From the NCBI GenBank assembly GCA_046735235.1, contig JBKPSY010000027.1, positions 2,389 to 66,388 on the forward strand: a stretch of 64,000 nt of DNA, written 5' to 3'. A program made the translations under genes and the position numbers. This stretch comes from Acidobacteriota bacterium. GTDB lineage: Bacteria > Acidobacteriota > Vicinamibacteria > Vicinamibacterales > JAENWD01. Below, piece after piece: positions 1 to 9,254 of the stretch. How positions within the stretch are numbered: position 1 is the first letter of the stretch; each line of letters opens with the position of its first letter. The notes below the pieces were generated by a model that was given only the letters and a program-made list of their open reading frames with translations, was not told the origin of the DNA and did not search any database.

Positions 1-14
1 TGTACGGACCGGGG

Positions 15-584
15 ATGCTGTTCGCGGCGCAGATGTTCGGCATCTTCGGCGTGCCGATCCCTGATGAGCTGCTGCTGACGATCGCCGGCGCGCTGGTGCG
101 CGAAGGCAAGCTGAATGCCTTCTGGACGGCCGTGGCCGCGGTCTCGGGGTGCCTGTGCGGCGTGACGCTCAGCTACACGCTCGGTCGCACCGTCGGCATC
201 ACCGCGCTGCGGCGAATCGTCCGCGTGCCTGACGCGGCTTTCGATCGCGCGCAGCGATGGTTCCATCGCATCGGGCGCTGGCTGCTCACGTTTGGATATT
301 TCATCCCCGGCGTGCGGCACTGCACCGCGATTGCCGCCGGCTCAGCGCCGCTGTCGTATCGCGAGTTCGCGCTCTTCTGCTACTCCGGCGGCGTGCTGTG
401 GTGCGCGGTGTTCCTGTCGCTCGGGTACATCACCGGACCGCACTGGCGACGCACCTGGAACACCCTTCACGACATGGGGCCGTACGTGTTCGTGCCGCTC
501 TTCGTCGTGCTTGCGCTGGTGCTGTATTTCAGCTGGCGGCGGACCCGCCAGGACACCACGTCGGCGCCGCCGGCGCAGGGCTGA
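15..584 (+). CDS. DedA / VTT-domain family inner-membrane protein
   Basis: 189-aa ORF with an N-terminal FGVPIPDELLL motif and several hydrophobic helices, a typical DedA layout. The true start could lie upstream of the window edge. Confidence 0.7.
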   Translation: MLFAAQMFGIFGVPIPDELLLTIAGALVREGKLNAFWTAVAAVSGCLCGVTLSYTLGRTVGITALRRIVRVPDAAFDRAQRWFHRIGRWLLTFGYFIPGVRHCTAIAAGSAPLSYREFALFCYSGGVLWCAVFLSLGYITGPHWRRTWNTLHDMGPYVFVPLFVVLALVLYFSWRRTRQDTTSAPPAQG

Positions 585-604
585 AGCCGCAGGGACCGCA
601 GCGT

Positions 605-1888
605 TCAGGATCGCGCGATCCGATCGGCGCCGAAGTACGGACGAAGCGCCTCGGGAATCTCGATGCTGCCGTCCTTCTGCTGGTAGTTCTCGAGCACCGC
701 TATCAGCGTGCGGCCCACGGCGAGCCCCGACCCGTTCAACGTGTGCGCGAGCTCGGCCTTTCCGCTGCCGCCCGCGCGGAACTTGATGTTCGCGCGGCGC
801 GCCTGGAACGCCTCGGTGTTGGTGCAGGATGAAATCTCGCGATACACCTTCTGGCTCGGCAGCCAGACCTCGATGTCGTACGTCTTCGCGGACGCGAACC
901 CCATGTCGCCCGTGCAGAGAAGCACCGTGCGATAGGGCAGTCCCAGCAGCTGCAGCACTCGCTCCGCATTGCCGGTCAGGCGCTCGAGCTCGGCGTAGCT
1001 CTCGTCCGGCGTCGTGAACGACATCAGCTCGACCTTGTCGAACTGGTGCTGCCGGATCAGACCGCGGACGTCGGCGCCGTACGATCCCGCTTCACTGCGG
1101 AAGCATGGCGTGTACGCGCAGTAGCGCAGCGGCAAGGTGCGGCCGTCGAGGATCTCTCCGCGATACAAGTTCGTCAGCGGAACTTCGGCCGTCGGCACGA
1201 GGAACAGATCCCAATCGCCGCTGATCTTGAAGAGGTCCTGCTCGAACTTCGGCAGGTTGCCCGTGCCGGTGAGCGATGCGGTGTTCACGAGGAACGGCGG
1301 CTCCACTTCGGTGTAGCCGTGCTCCTTCGTGTGGAGGTCGAGCATGAAGTTGATGAGCGCACGGGCCAGGCGCGCGCCTTCCTTCATGAGCACGGTAAAC
1401 CGCGCGCGAGCGATCTTGGTGCCCCGTTCGAAGTCGAGGATCCCCAGCTCCGGTCCGAGGTCCCAATGCGCCTTTGGCTCGAAGTCGAAGGCGCGCGGCG
1501 TGCCCACGCGACGCACCTCGCGGTTGTCGTCGGCGCTTCTGCCCACCGGCACGTCGGCGTGCGGCACGTTGGGGAGGTGGAGCAGCAGGCCACGCCGCTC
1601 CTCTTCGAGCGCCTGGAGCGCCGCGTCGCGCTCCTTCACCTGATGACCCCGCGCGCGATTGGCCTCGACCAGCGCCGACACGTCCCCGCCGGCTTTCTTG
1701 TGCTTCGCCACCTCTTCGGCTGCAGCGTTCTGCTCGCGCTTCAGGCCTTCGACTTCGACGATCAGCGCGCGGCGGCGCTCGTCGAGCGGCACCAGCGGGG
1801 CCAGGATCGCGTCGGCGTCGGAACCGCGATTGTTCAGAGCAGCACGGACGAGGTCAGGGTGATCGCGCAGGACGGCCGGGTCGATCAT
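605..1888 (-). CDS. serS: seryl-tRNA synthetase
   Basis: 427 aa with an N-terminal coiled-coil arm and class II aaRS core motifs ([16 protein letters not shown]). The full-length architecture is unmistakable. Confidence 0.96.
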   Translation of the reverse strand: MIDPAVLRDHPDLVRAALNNRGSDADAILAPLVPLDERRRALIVEVEGLKREQNAAAEEVAKHKKAGGDVSALVEANRARGHQVKERDAALQALEEERRGLLLHLPNVPHADVPVGRSADDNREVRRVGTPRAFDFEPKAHWDLGPELGILDFERGTKIARARFTVLMKEGARLARALINFMLDLHTKEHGYTEVEPPFLVNTASLTGTGNLPKFEQDLFKISGDWDLFLVPTAEVPLTNLYRGEILDGRTLPLRYCAYTPCFRSEAGSYGADVRGLIRQHQFDKVELMSFTTPDESYAELERLTGNAERVLQLLGLPYRTVLLCTGDMGFASAKTYDIEVWLPSQKVYREISSCTNTEAFQARRANIKFRAGGSGKAELAHTLNGSGLAVGRTLIAVLENYQQKDGSIEIPEALRPYFGADRIARS

Positions 1889-1906
1889 GCGTGAAAATCC
1901 TATACT

Positions 1907-1964
1907 AACCGGGTCGGTCGGGTCGGGCGGGTCGGTCCGGTCACTCGGGTCGGGCGGGTCGGTC
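1907..1964. repeat. phased 9-bp GGTC iteron array (about 6 units)
   Basis: AACCGGGTC GGTCGGGTC GGGCGGGTC GGTCCGGTC ACTCGGGTC GGGCGGGTC GGTC, in the serS-galU divergent spacer. Confidence 0.8.
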
Positions 1965-1972
1965 TTGGAGGC

Positions 1973-2875
1973 GTGAGCGTGGCCGGAATCATTCGAAAAG
2001 CGGTATTTCCTGCGGCGGGACTCGGAACCCGGTTCCTGCCGGCGACGAAAGCGCAGCCGAAGGAGATGCTGCCGCTGGTCGACAAGCCGATCATCCAGTA
2101 CGGCGTCGAGGAAGCGCTCGCGTCAGGCATCGACAACATCCTGCTCGTCACGGGACGCGGCAAGAACGCCATCGAGGATCACTTCGACGTGTCGGTCGAG
2201 CTGGAGACGTTCCTCGAGGCGCGCGGAAAGCACGAGATGCTCGCCGAGGTCCGGAAGATCTCAAACCTCATCAACTTCTCGTATGTGCGGCAGGGCGAGC
2301 CGCTTGGACTCGGCCACGCCGTCCTCGTCACGCGCCATCTCGTCGGCGAGGAGCCGTTCGCGGTGATCCTCAGCGACGACGTGATCGACGCCGAGCCGCC
2401 TGCACTGAAGCAGATGATCGACGTGTTCTCTCGCGTCGACGGGCCGGTGCTGTGCGTGGAACGCGTGCCGCGCGAGCAGATCTCGAGCTACGGCGTCATC
2501 GCCTACGACGCGAACGCCTCCATGCCGAAAGGCACGTACCGTGTGACGGATCTCGTGGAGAAGCCGCCACGTGACGAAGCGCCGTCCGACCTCGCGATCA
2601 TCGGCCGCTACATCCTGACGCCCGACATCTTCCCGGCGCTGGAAGAGACCGCGCGCGACCGAAGCGGCGAGATTCAGCTCACGAACGGCCTGAAACGCCT
2701 GCTCGCCAAGCGGCCCATCTACGCGTGCGAGGTCACCGGGGTGCGACACGACACCGGCAACAAGCTCGGCTTCCTGAAAGCAGTCACGTACTTCGCGCTG
2801 CGGCGGCCGGACCTGGCGGGACCGTTCACCGACTACCTGACGGCGGTGCTGAAAGAGTCGAAAGTTCGTACGTAG
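1973..2875 (+). CDS. galU: UTP--glucose-1-phosphate uridylyltransferase
   Basis: 300 aa with N-terminal [26 protein letters not shown] and the VEKP motif. A GTG at 1979 has better spacing to the GGAGG at 1966-1970 and is an alternative start. Confidence 0.93.
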   Translation: MSVAGIIRKAVFPAAGLGTRFLPATKAQPKEMLPLVDKPIIQYGVEEALASGIDNILLVTGRGKNAIEDHFDVSVELETFLEARGKHEMLAEVRKISNLINFSYVRQGEPLGLGHAVLVTRHLVGEEPFAVILSDDVIDAEPPALKQMIDVFSRVDGPVLCVERVPREQISSYGVIAYDANASMPKGTYRVTDLVEKPPRDEAPSDLAIIGRYILTPDIFPALEETARDRSGEIQLTNGLKRLLAKRPIYACEVTGVRHDTGNKLGFLKAVTYFALRRPDLAGPFTDYLTAVLKESKVRT

Positions 2876-2937
2876 TAGCCCGGGCCTTCCGGCCCGGCGC
2901 CGAGCGGGACGTTGCCGGGGCTGAAGCCCCGGCCTAC
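2875..2937. repeat. REPIN-like doublet (GTAG-headed inverted REP pair)
   Basis: GTAGCCCGGGCCTTCCGGCCCGG - spacer - GCCGGGGCTGAAGCCCCGGCCTAC. It exactly fills the gap between convergent galU and the fmdB-like gene. Confidence 0.8.
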
Positions 2938-3272
2938 GTACCCGACTTGGTGTCCGTCTTCGCGGGCGTGGCGGGCGTGGCGCTCGTCGAGGTCGCGTCG
3001 CTCGTACCGGAACTGGTGCTCTTGCTGGTGTCGCTGGAGGCCGCGCTCGACCCGGACGACTTGCCCGAGTCCTTGTCCTTCCCTGAGTCCTTCCGCGCGT
3101 AGTCGGTGATGTACCAGCCCGACCCCTTGAACTGGATCGCCGGCGAGGACAGCAGCTTCACGACGGGACCCTTCCCGCAATTCGGACACACGCTGACCAG
3201 ATCGTCGGAGAACTTCTGGATCACCTCGAAGCGGTGTCCGCACGACTCGCACTGATATTCGTACAGAGGCAT
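2934..3272 (-). CDS. FmdB-family zinc-ribbon regulatory protein with Ser/Thr-rich tail
   Basis: 112 aa starting MPLYEYQCESCGHRFE...CPNCG (CxxC...CxxC ribbon). It is only the 3' part of track ORF 2934..4109. Its ATG overlaps the stop of the upstream gene (TGATG). Confidence 0.88.
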   Translation of the reverse strand: MPLYEYQCESCGHRFEVIQKFSDDLVSVCPNCGKGPVVKLLSSPAIQFKGSGWYITDYARKDSGKDKDSGKSSGSSAASSDTSKSTSSGTSDATSTSATPATPAKTDTKSGT

Positions 3273-4936
3273 CAGTCGAGCACGGTTCCGGTGTCGCCGA
3301 GCATCAGGCGCCGGTGCAGCGTGAACGGCGCCGCGCCCTGTTTCAGCAACGAGTCGTGGAAGTTGCGCAGCGAAAAGGCGTCGCCTTCCTTCGCTTCGAC
3401 GTCGTGCCGCAGCTTCTGCAGCATCAGCTTTCCGACCGAGTACACGAGGTACGTCGGATCGAACGCGCCGCGCTCGGCTTCGCGCCGCGCGCTGGCTTCC
3501 TCGAGGAACGCCATCTCCCGGAACATCCGCACGCCCTGCTCGACGGAGAGATCTTCGGCGTGCAGCCGGATCGAGACGACGAACCGCACGAGACGAACAA
3601 GGGCCTCCTGCAGCTGACCGAGGCGCACGAGCGGATCCTTCCGGCCGAAACCGGCGTCGATCATCATCTGCTCGCAGTAGTGCGCCCAGCCTTCGATGTA
3701 GCTGGCCGGCGCGAAGAAGATCGACTTGCGCGCCTTCGATTCCACCTGGCGCAGGTGCTGATACTGCACGAAGTGTCCCGGGTACACCTCGTGGATCGAG
3801 ATGCACCACAGCGTGCCGAAATTGAAGTCTCGCAGGTGTTCCGCCTGCCGCTCGGGGCTCCATCCGCGCTCGACGTCGGTGAGGTAGTAGTAGGCGCGAG
3901 TTGGCTTGGTCTCGAACGGGCCCGGCGTCCACATGCTGGCGCTCGACCACCGGAAGAAATCGGGCGTCGGCGCCACGACGACCGGCTCGCTGGCCGGAAG
4001 GGTGAGCAGCTTCTGCTTCTCGACAAAGGCCTGGAGCTCGGCGAGCTGCTCCTGCGCCGCGCGAATCAGATTTCCGGGCTCGGGATGCTTCGCCTTCGCC
4101 TTCGCCCACGCCTCCGCCGGATCGCCGCCGTTCAGTTTCGAGGCCGCCACCCGGAACGCCTCGGCGGTCGAGGCGAGCTCGCGCTCGCCGATCGCGAGGA
4201 GACGATCGACCCCGAGGCCGAGGCCTTCCTCGAGGCGGAGCTTCTGCTCGAAGCGCTCGCGCCCGAGTCGGAACGACGCGCGCGCTTTCGGTCCCAAGTC
4301 GGTCTCGAGGACGTCCACATAGCTGCGAATCGCAGTCGCCGCCTCGGTCGAGGCGTCGGCGAGATCGCCCAGCAAGTGAAGATCGTCCACCTCGCGAAAG
4401 GCGCGAGGCATGTCATGCTCGATGAAGCGCAGCGCGCCGTTGAACGTCTCGATGCCGACCTTGATGAAGATGCCGGGCGGGTCCTTGATGTTGTCGCGGG
4501 CCGCCTGGATGAGACGCGGCACCTGGCGCAGCTTCGACAGCACCCGCCTGGCGCGCTCCGTCGCCGGCGCGAAGGAGAAGAGCGCCTGGGTCGCCAGGCT
4601 CGAGGCGATGGTGTCGGCGTAGATGTGGGGGTTGCGTTCCCAGCCCCGCACCTCCTCGAGCTCGAACATCCGCGCCCGGATATGGTCCTTGAGCACCGGA
4701 TGCTCGGCGCGCTCGATCTCGGTCAGGCCCGACGGGTCGATGTCCGCGAGGCGGCGTCCAAAGCCGGAGAGCGCCCGGAGATCAGCGTCAATCGCCTGAC
4801 GGCTGAGGTCCTCGAGCAGATCGTCGTGGGAGTGAACCCCGTCGAGCGCCGCGCAGGTCGGACGCGTCTCCTGCAGGTACTGCAGGTAGTCATCCACGAA
4901 GTGTGGCAACGGTTCGGACGAGTACATGGTCGGCAA
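3272..4936 (-). CDS. DUF885-family protein (metallopeptidase-like HEVYPGH motif)
   Basis: 554 aa with an HEVYPGH...EGWAHY signature and length typical of the DUF885 family. Confidence 0.8.
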   Translation of the reverse strand: MPTMYSSEPLPHFVDDYLQYLQETRPTCAALDGVHSHDDLLEDLSRQAIDADLRALSGFGRRLADIDPSGLTEIERAEHPVLKDHIRARMFELEEVRGWERNPHIYADTIASSLATQALFSFAPATERARRVLSKLRQVPRLIQAARDNIKDPPGIFIKVGIETFNGALRFIEHDMPRAFREVDDLHLLGDLADASTEAATAIRSYVDVLETDLGPKARASFRLGRERFEQKLRLEEGLGLGVDRLLAIGERELASTAEAFRVAASKLNGGDPAEAWAKAKAKHPEPGNLIRAAQEQLAELQAFVEKQKLLTLPASEPVVVAPTPDFFRWSSASMWTPGPFETKPTRAYYYLTDVERGWSPERQAEHLRDFNFGTLWCISIHEVYPGHFVQYQHLRQVESKARKSIFFAPASYIEGWAHYCEQMMIDAGFGRKDPLVRLGQLQEALVRLVRFVVSIRLHAEDLSVEQGVRMFREMAFLEEASARREAERGAFDPTYLVYSVGKLMLQKLRHDVEAKEGDAFSLRNFHDSLLKQGAAPFTLHRRLMLGDTGTVLD

Positions 4937-4971
4937 AACCGCAATGGTACAATACCTCGCAGCCTCCCACC

Positions 4972-5820
4972 ATGGCCGGCGCGCTTCTGCTGGTTGCTAC
5001 GCCAATCGGAAATCTGGAAGACATCACGCTCAGGGCGCTGCGAGTCCTGCGTGAAGCCGATCTGATTGCCGCGGAGGACACGCGGCGCACAGGCAAGCTA
5101 CTTGCGCACTTCGGCATCACGACGAAGACCGTGAGCCTGCACGAGCACAACGAGCGACGGAAAATGTCGGCGCTGCTCGACCGCGTCCGCGCCGGCGCGA
5201 CGGTCGCCGTCGTCTCCGATGCCGGCATGCCGGTCATCTCGGATCCGGGCCGCGAGCTGATCCGGGAAGCGGTCTCCAGTGGCATCAAAGTAGAGATTGT
5301 TCCTGGGGCGTCTGCCCTAACAATGGCGATTACGGGGGCCTCCCTGGATGGCGACCTGACGACCTTCGCGGGCTTTCCACCGTCGAGAAGCGGCGAGCGG
5401 CGCCGATGGCTGGGTGATTTGAGTCGCCTGCCGGGGGCTCTCGTGCTGTTCGAGGCGCCTCATCGCCTGCGTCAGACCCTCGAGGACGTCCAAGCCGTGC
5501 TGGGAGACCGGCCGGTCGTTGTCGCCCACGAGCTGACAAAGCTTCATGAATCGTGGCACCGAGGTTTCGCGAGAGAGCTCCTGGCGAACCCGATGCTGCC
5601 GGAAAAAGGGGAGTTCACTCTGGTGATAGGACCGGGTTCCGGCGAGACGGAAGTACCGGCACTTCCCGACGCAGAGACGGTCTGGTATGAATTTGGTCGA
5701 TTAACCAAATTCGGCGGACGTACCCGAAAAGAGGCAATTGCAGAGCTGGCCCAAAGGTACCGCCTTCCCAGGCGCCAGATCTACGCGCTGGTCGAGGCGG
5801 CCAAGGAATCTGGTGAATGA
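4972..5820 (+). CDS. rsmI: 16S rRNA (cytidine1402-2'-O)-methyltransferase
   Basis: Carries LLLVATPIGNLEDITLRALRVLREADLIAAEDTR (tetrapyrrole-methylase fold of RsmI). ATG at 4972 was chosen because the track start at 4903 would overlap the divergent DUF885 gene. Confidence 0.9.
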   Translation: MAGALLLVATPIGNLEDITLRALRVLREADLIAAEDTRRTGKLLAHFGITTKTVSLHEHNERRKMSALLDRVRAGATVAVVSDAGMPVISDPGRELIREAVSSGIKVEIVPGASALTMAITGASLDGDLTTFAGFPPSRSGERRRWLGDLSRLPGALVLFEAPHRLRQTLEDVQAVLGDRPVVVAHELTKLHESWHRGFARELLANPMLPEKGEFTLVIGPGSGETEVPALPDAETVWYEFGRLTKFGGRTRKEAIAELAQRYRLPRRQIYALVEAAKESGE

Positions 5821-7193
5821 CCAAAATTGACATCCATGTGGTCGTCCTTGCCGCGGGCAAGGGCACCCGGATGAAGTCGGCGATCCCGAAAGTCCTGCAC
5901 AGGATTGCCGGCAAGCCGCTGCTCGACCACGTCCTGGCTGCCGCCGCGCCGCTTGGTCCGGCCTCCACGACCGTGGTGATAGGGCACCAGGCGGACATGA
6001 TTCGGGAGGCCTATGCCAACCGGCCGGATATGGGCTTCGTTGTCCAGGAGCCACAGCTGGGCACGGGACACGCCCTGCTCATGGCCGAACCCCGGCTCGA
6101 GGGCGCGGCCGGAACCGTCCTGCTGCTGTACGGCGATGTGCCGCTCCTGAGCACTGCCACGCTCCAGGCCCTTGTCGGCACCCACCGTGCTGAACACGCG
6201 AGCGCGACCGTCCTCACGGCGACCCTCGACCACCCCTTCGGCTACGGCCGCATCGTCCGCGCGGACGGTGCCATCGCGCGCATCGTCGAGGAACGAGATG
6301 CCTCGCTGGCGGAACGTGAGATTCGAGAGATCAACGCAGGCATCTACGCGTTCGAGCTCGGCCCGCTGTTCGACGCGATTCGCGGCATTGCGTCGGCCAA
6401 TGCGCAGGGCGAGTACTACCTGCCGGACCTGGTGAGCATCTACCGCGCGCGCGGTCTCGGCGTGACCACCGTGCCCGTCAAGAACGCCGACGAAATCCGC
6501 GGCATCAACAGCCGCGCGGAACTGGCTGAAGTGGAGCGCATCGTGCGACAGACCAAGAACGAAGCGTTGATGGCGGCCGGCGTGACGATCATCGATCCGG
6601 CGACGACCTACGTGCACCCGGACGTCACCATCGGCGCGGACACGGTGCTGCATCCGAATGTCTACCTCGAGGGCCACACGGCCATTGGCGCGGCCTGCGA
6701 GATCCACAGCGGCACGCGCATCGTCGACTCGACGCTCGGCGATCGAGTCACGGTGCGCAACTACTGCATCATCACCGAGTCATCCGTCGCCGCCGAAGCC
6801 GTGCTCGGACCGTTCGCCCACCTGCGTCCCTCGAGCGACGTGAAGGAAGGCGCCCACGTCGGCAACTTCGTCGAGCTGAAGAAGACGACGCTCGGCGCCG
6901 GGTCGAAGGCGAACCACCTGGCATACCTCGGCGACGCGACTATCGGCAACGGCGTCAACGTCGGAGCCGGAGTGATCACCTGTAACTACGACGGGACGAA
7001 GAAGCATCCCACCGTCGTCAAGGACGGCGCGTTCATCGGAAGCGACTCCGCGCTCGTCGCCCCCGTGACGGTCGGCGAGGGCGCCTACGTCGCCGCAGGA
7101 TCGACGATCACCGAGGATGTTCCGGCCGGCGCTCTCGGCATCGCGCGGGGCCGCCAGGTCAATAAAGAGGGATGGGCCAGGAAGAAACGGTAA
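5817..7193 (+). CDS. glmU: bifunctional UDP-N-acetylglucosamine pyrophosphorylase / glucosamine-1-phosphate N-acetyltransferase
   Basis: 458 aa with N-terminal LAAGKGTRMKS and a C-terminal left-handed beta-helix of hexapeptide repeats. ATGA overlap with the rsmI stop. Confidence 0.96.
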   Translation: MTKIDIHVVVLAAGKGTRMKSAIPKVLHRIAGKPLLDHVLAAAAPLGPASTTVVIGHQADMIREAYANRPDMGFVVQEPQLGTGHALLMAEPRLEGAAGTVLLLYGDVPLLSTATLQALVGTHRAEHASATVLTATLDHPFGYGRIVRADGAIARIVEERDASLAEREIREINAGIYAFELGPLFDAIRGIASANAQGEYYLPDLVSIYRARGLGVTTVPVKNADEIRGINSRAELAEVERIVRQTKNEALMAAGVTIIDPATTYVHPDVTIGADTVLHPNVYLEGHTAIGAACEIHSGTRIVDSTLGDRVTVRNYCIITESSVAAEAVLGPFAHLRPSSDVKEGAHVGNFVELKKTTLGAGSKANHLAYLGDATIGNGVNVGAGVITCNYDGTKKHPTVVKDGAFIGSDSALVAPVTVGEGAYVAAGSTITEDVPAGALGIARGRQVNKEGWARKKR

Positions 7194-7309
7194 AGTGCGA
7201 AATGCGAAGTGCGAAGTGCAAAGTAGCTGGCGGGTGGCTCGTTGCCCAGTTCACTGTTCACTTCGTATTCCGCACTTCACTTTGCAGTTCGCAGTTGGCA
7301 TTTAGCACT
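7194..7309. repeat. 31-bp-arm inverted repeat built from GCGAAGT-type heptamers (glmU-glmS spacer)
   Basis: The arms 7194-7224 and 7279-7309 are complementary at 27 of 31 positions. The left arm is itself a tandem GTGCGAA/GCGAAGT repeat. Confidence 0.8.
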
Positions 7310-7323
7310 CCGTAAAGGTCACC

Positions 7324-9168
7324 ATGTGCGGAATCATCGGATACATCGGGCCCAAACCCCCGGTCCCCATCATCGTCGAAGGGCTTCGCCGGCTCGAGTA
7401 TCGCGGCTATGACTCCGCGGGCATCGCGGTCGTCCACGACGGGCAGGTCGACGTCCGCCGCAGCGCGGGGAAGCTCGCCCGGCTCGAGGACGTCCTGGCC
7501 AGGGATCCGGTCGACGGCAAGTACGGCCTCGGCCACACGCGATGGGCGACGCACGGACGGCCGACCGAAGAGAACGCACATCCGCATCGCGACTGCACAG
7601 GCCGCATCGTCGTCGTGCACAACGGCATCATCGAGAACTACCTGCCGCTGAAACGCGAGCTCGAGCAGCAGGGCCACACGTTCGTCACCGAAACGGACAC
7701 CGAGATCGTCGCGCACCTCGTCGAGCGCGAGATGAAAGAGGACGGCCTGGCGGCAGCCGTGCGCCGGGCGCTCTCACAGCTGCGCGGCCTGTTCGCGTTG
7801 GTGCTGCTCTCGGCCGACGATCCTGAAACGCTCGTGGCCGCGCGGAACGGGCCGCCGATCGTCGTCGGCCTCGGCGACGGCGAGTATTTCGTGGCCTCCG
7901 ACATCCCGGCGATCCTCAGCCACACCCGCAACGTCGTGTTTCTCGACGACGGGGAGATGGCGGTGGTGACGCCGAACGGCGTGACGTTCACGGACGTCCA
8001 GGGCCGCGTGCGCGAGCACCCACCGACGCGAGTCCAGTGGGACCCGGTGATGGCCGAGCGCGCCGGCTACAAGCACTTCATGCTCAAGGAGATCTTCGAG
8101 CAGCCGCGAGCCGTCAGCGAGACGCTCGTCGGGCGGCTCTCTCCAGACCGCGGCGTGGTCACGCTCGACGAGCTCGGGCTCGATACGGCCGCCCTGAAGA
8201 ACGTCGACCGGCTCCTGATCCTTGCCTGCGGCACCAGCTGGCACGCGGGGCTCGTCGGCAAGTTCATGGTCGAGCAGCTCGCGCGGCTGCCCGTTGAAGT
8301 CGACTACGGCTCGGAGTATCGCTACCGCGACCCGATTGTCGGCGACCGCACGCTCGCCGTGGTGATTACTCAGTCCGGCGAGACGGCCGACACGCTGGCC
8401 GCCATGCGCGAGGCGAGACGCAAGGGCGCCCGCAGCGTCGCCATCTGCAACGTCGTGGGCAGCATGGCGACGCGCGAGGCCGACGGCACGATCTACACGC
8501 ACGCCGGTCCCGAAATTGGCGTCGCGTCGACGAAGGCGTTTACCTGCCAGCTCGTGGCCCTCTATCTGCTGGCGCTGCACCTGGGCCAGCAGCGAGGCGT
8601 CCTGGCGCCGGCCGAGGCCGCCGCCCATTTCGAGGCGCTGGCACATGTGCCGCTGCTGGTCGAGCAGGTGCTCAAGACCGCCGGCCAGATCGAGGAGATC
8701 GCGAGTCGCTTCTACACACGTCGCGACTTCCTGTATCTCGGTCGCGGAATTCACTACCCCATCGCGCTCGAAGGCGCGCTGAAGTTGAAAGAAATTTCGT
8801 ACATCCACGCCGAAGGCTACCCCGCGGGCGAGATGAAGCACGGTCCAATCGCGCTCATCGACGAGCAGATGCCGGTTGTCGCGCTGGCGCCGCACGACGA
8901 CGTGTTCGAGAAAATGCTCGGCAACGTGCAGGAAGTGAAGGCTCGCGGCGGATCCGTCATTGCGCTCACGACCGAAGGAGCGGATGATCTGGATCGAATG
9001 CTCGATCCGGCGCGCGACGCGGTGTTGCGTCTGCCGGCGGCGCCGGCGTTCGCGATGCCGATCGTCGCGGTCGTGCCGCTGCAGCTGCTCGCGTATCACA
9101 TCGCGGTGCGCCGCGGATGCGACGTGGACCAGCCGCGGAATCTCGCGAAGAGCGTCACGGTTGAGTAG
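7324..9168 (+). CDS. glmS: glutamine--fructose-6-phosphate aminotransferase (isomerizing)
   Basis: 614 aa with an N-terminal MCGI nucleophile, two SIS domains and a C-terminal KSVTVE. Confidence 0.97.
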   Translation: MCGIIGYIGPKPPVPIIVEGLRRLEYRGYDSAGIAVVHDGQVDVRRSAGKLARLEDVLARDPVDGKYGLGHTRWATHGRPTEENAHPHRDCTGRIVVVHNGIIENYLPLKRELEQQGHTFVTETDTEIVAHLVEREMKEDGLAAAVRRALSQLRGLFALVLLSADDPETLVAARNGPPIVVGLGDGEYFVASDIPAILSHTRNVVFLDDGEMAVVTPNGVTFTDVQGRVREHPPTRVQWDPVMAERAGYKHFMLKEIFEQPRAVSETLVGRLSPDRGVVTLDELGLDTAALKNVDRLLILACGTSWHAGLVGKFMVEQLARLPVEVDYGSEYRYRDPIVGDRTLAVVITQSGETADTLAAMREARRKGARSVAICNVVGSMATREADGTIYTHAGPEIGVASTKAFTCQLVALYLLALHLGQQRGVLAPAEAAAHFEALAHVPLLVEQVLKTAGQIEEIASRFYTRRDFLYLGRGIHYPIALEGALKLKEISYIHAEGYPAGEMKHGPIALIDEQMPVVALAPHDDVFEKMLGNVQEVKARGGSVIALTTEGADDLDRMLDPARDAVLRLPAAPAFAMPIVAVVPLQLLAYHIAVRRGCDVDQPRNLAKSVTVE

Positions 9169-9231
9169 CGCAGGCCTTCAGGCCTGCCTCCGACGTTGCG
9201 TCCGACGGGCAGGGCTGAAGCCCAGCGCTAC
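9165..9231. repeat. REPIN-like doublet
   Basis: GTAGCGCAGGCCTTCAGGCCTGC - 21 nt - GCAGGGCTGAAGCCCAGCGCTAC. The glmS TAG stop is inside the left GTAG head. Confidence 0.85.
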
Positions 9232-9254
9232 ACACGAAGCAATCGACCGCATAA

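Noticed and set aside
2934-4109. 391-aa ORF treated as one gene. The same applies to 21522..23840 (772 aa), 34656..36158 (500 aa), 36198..38366 (722 aa) and 43542..44264.
   Set aside because: Only the 3' portions encode recognisable proteins (FmdB-like, Jag, AtpC, Wzt, NusG paralog). The 5' portions overlap other real genes in a different frame and are open simply because stops are scarce.
3314-5065. Long antisense or shadow ORFs in the track, for example 3314..5065(+), 13113..14942(+), 27324..28940(-), 31645..33318(-), 39646..41781(-), 42034..43752(-), 43506..45176(-), 54308..55348(+), 57656..59563(+), 60855..62228(+), 62152..63351(+)
   Set aside because: Each lies opposite a gene with an unmistakable conserved product (DUF885, gyrA, permease, atpA, mfd, surA-like, dusB, cyclase and others). 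Their translations are Arg/Ala/Gly/Pro/Asp-rich low-complexity sequence typical of the wrong strand or frame in high-GC DNA.
7194-7323. Possible glmS ribozyme in the glmS 5' leader
   Set aside because: I could not recognise the conserved ribozyme core or pseudoknot segments. The spacer is fully accounted for by a heptamer-based inverted repeat. Only a covariance-model search (Rfam RF00234) can settle this.
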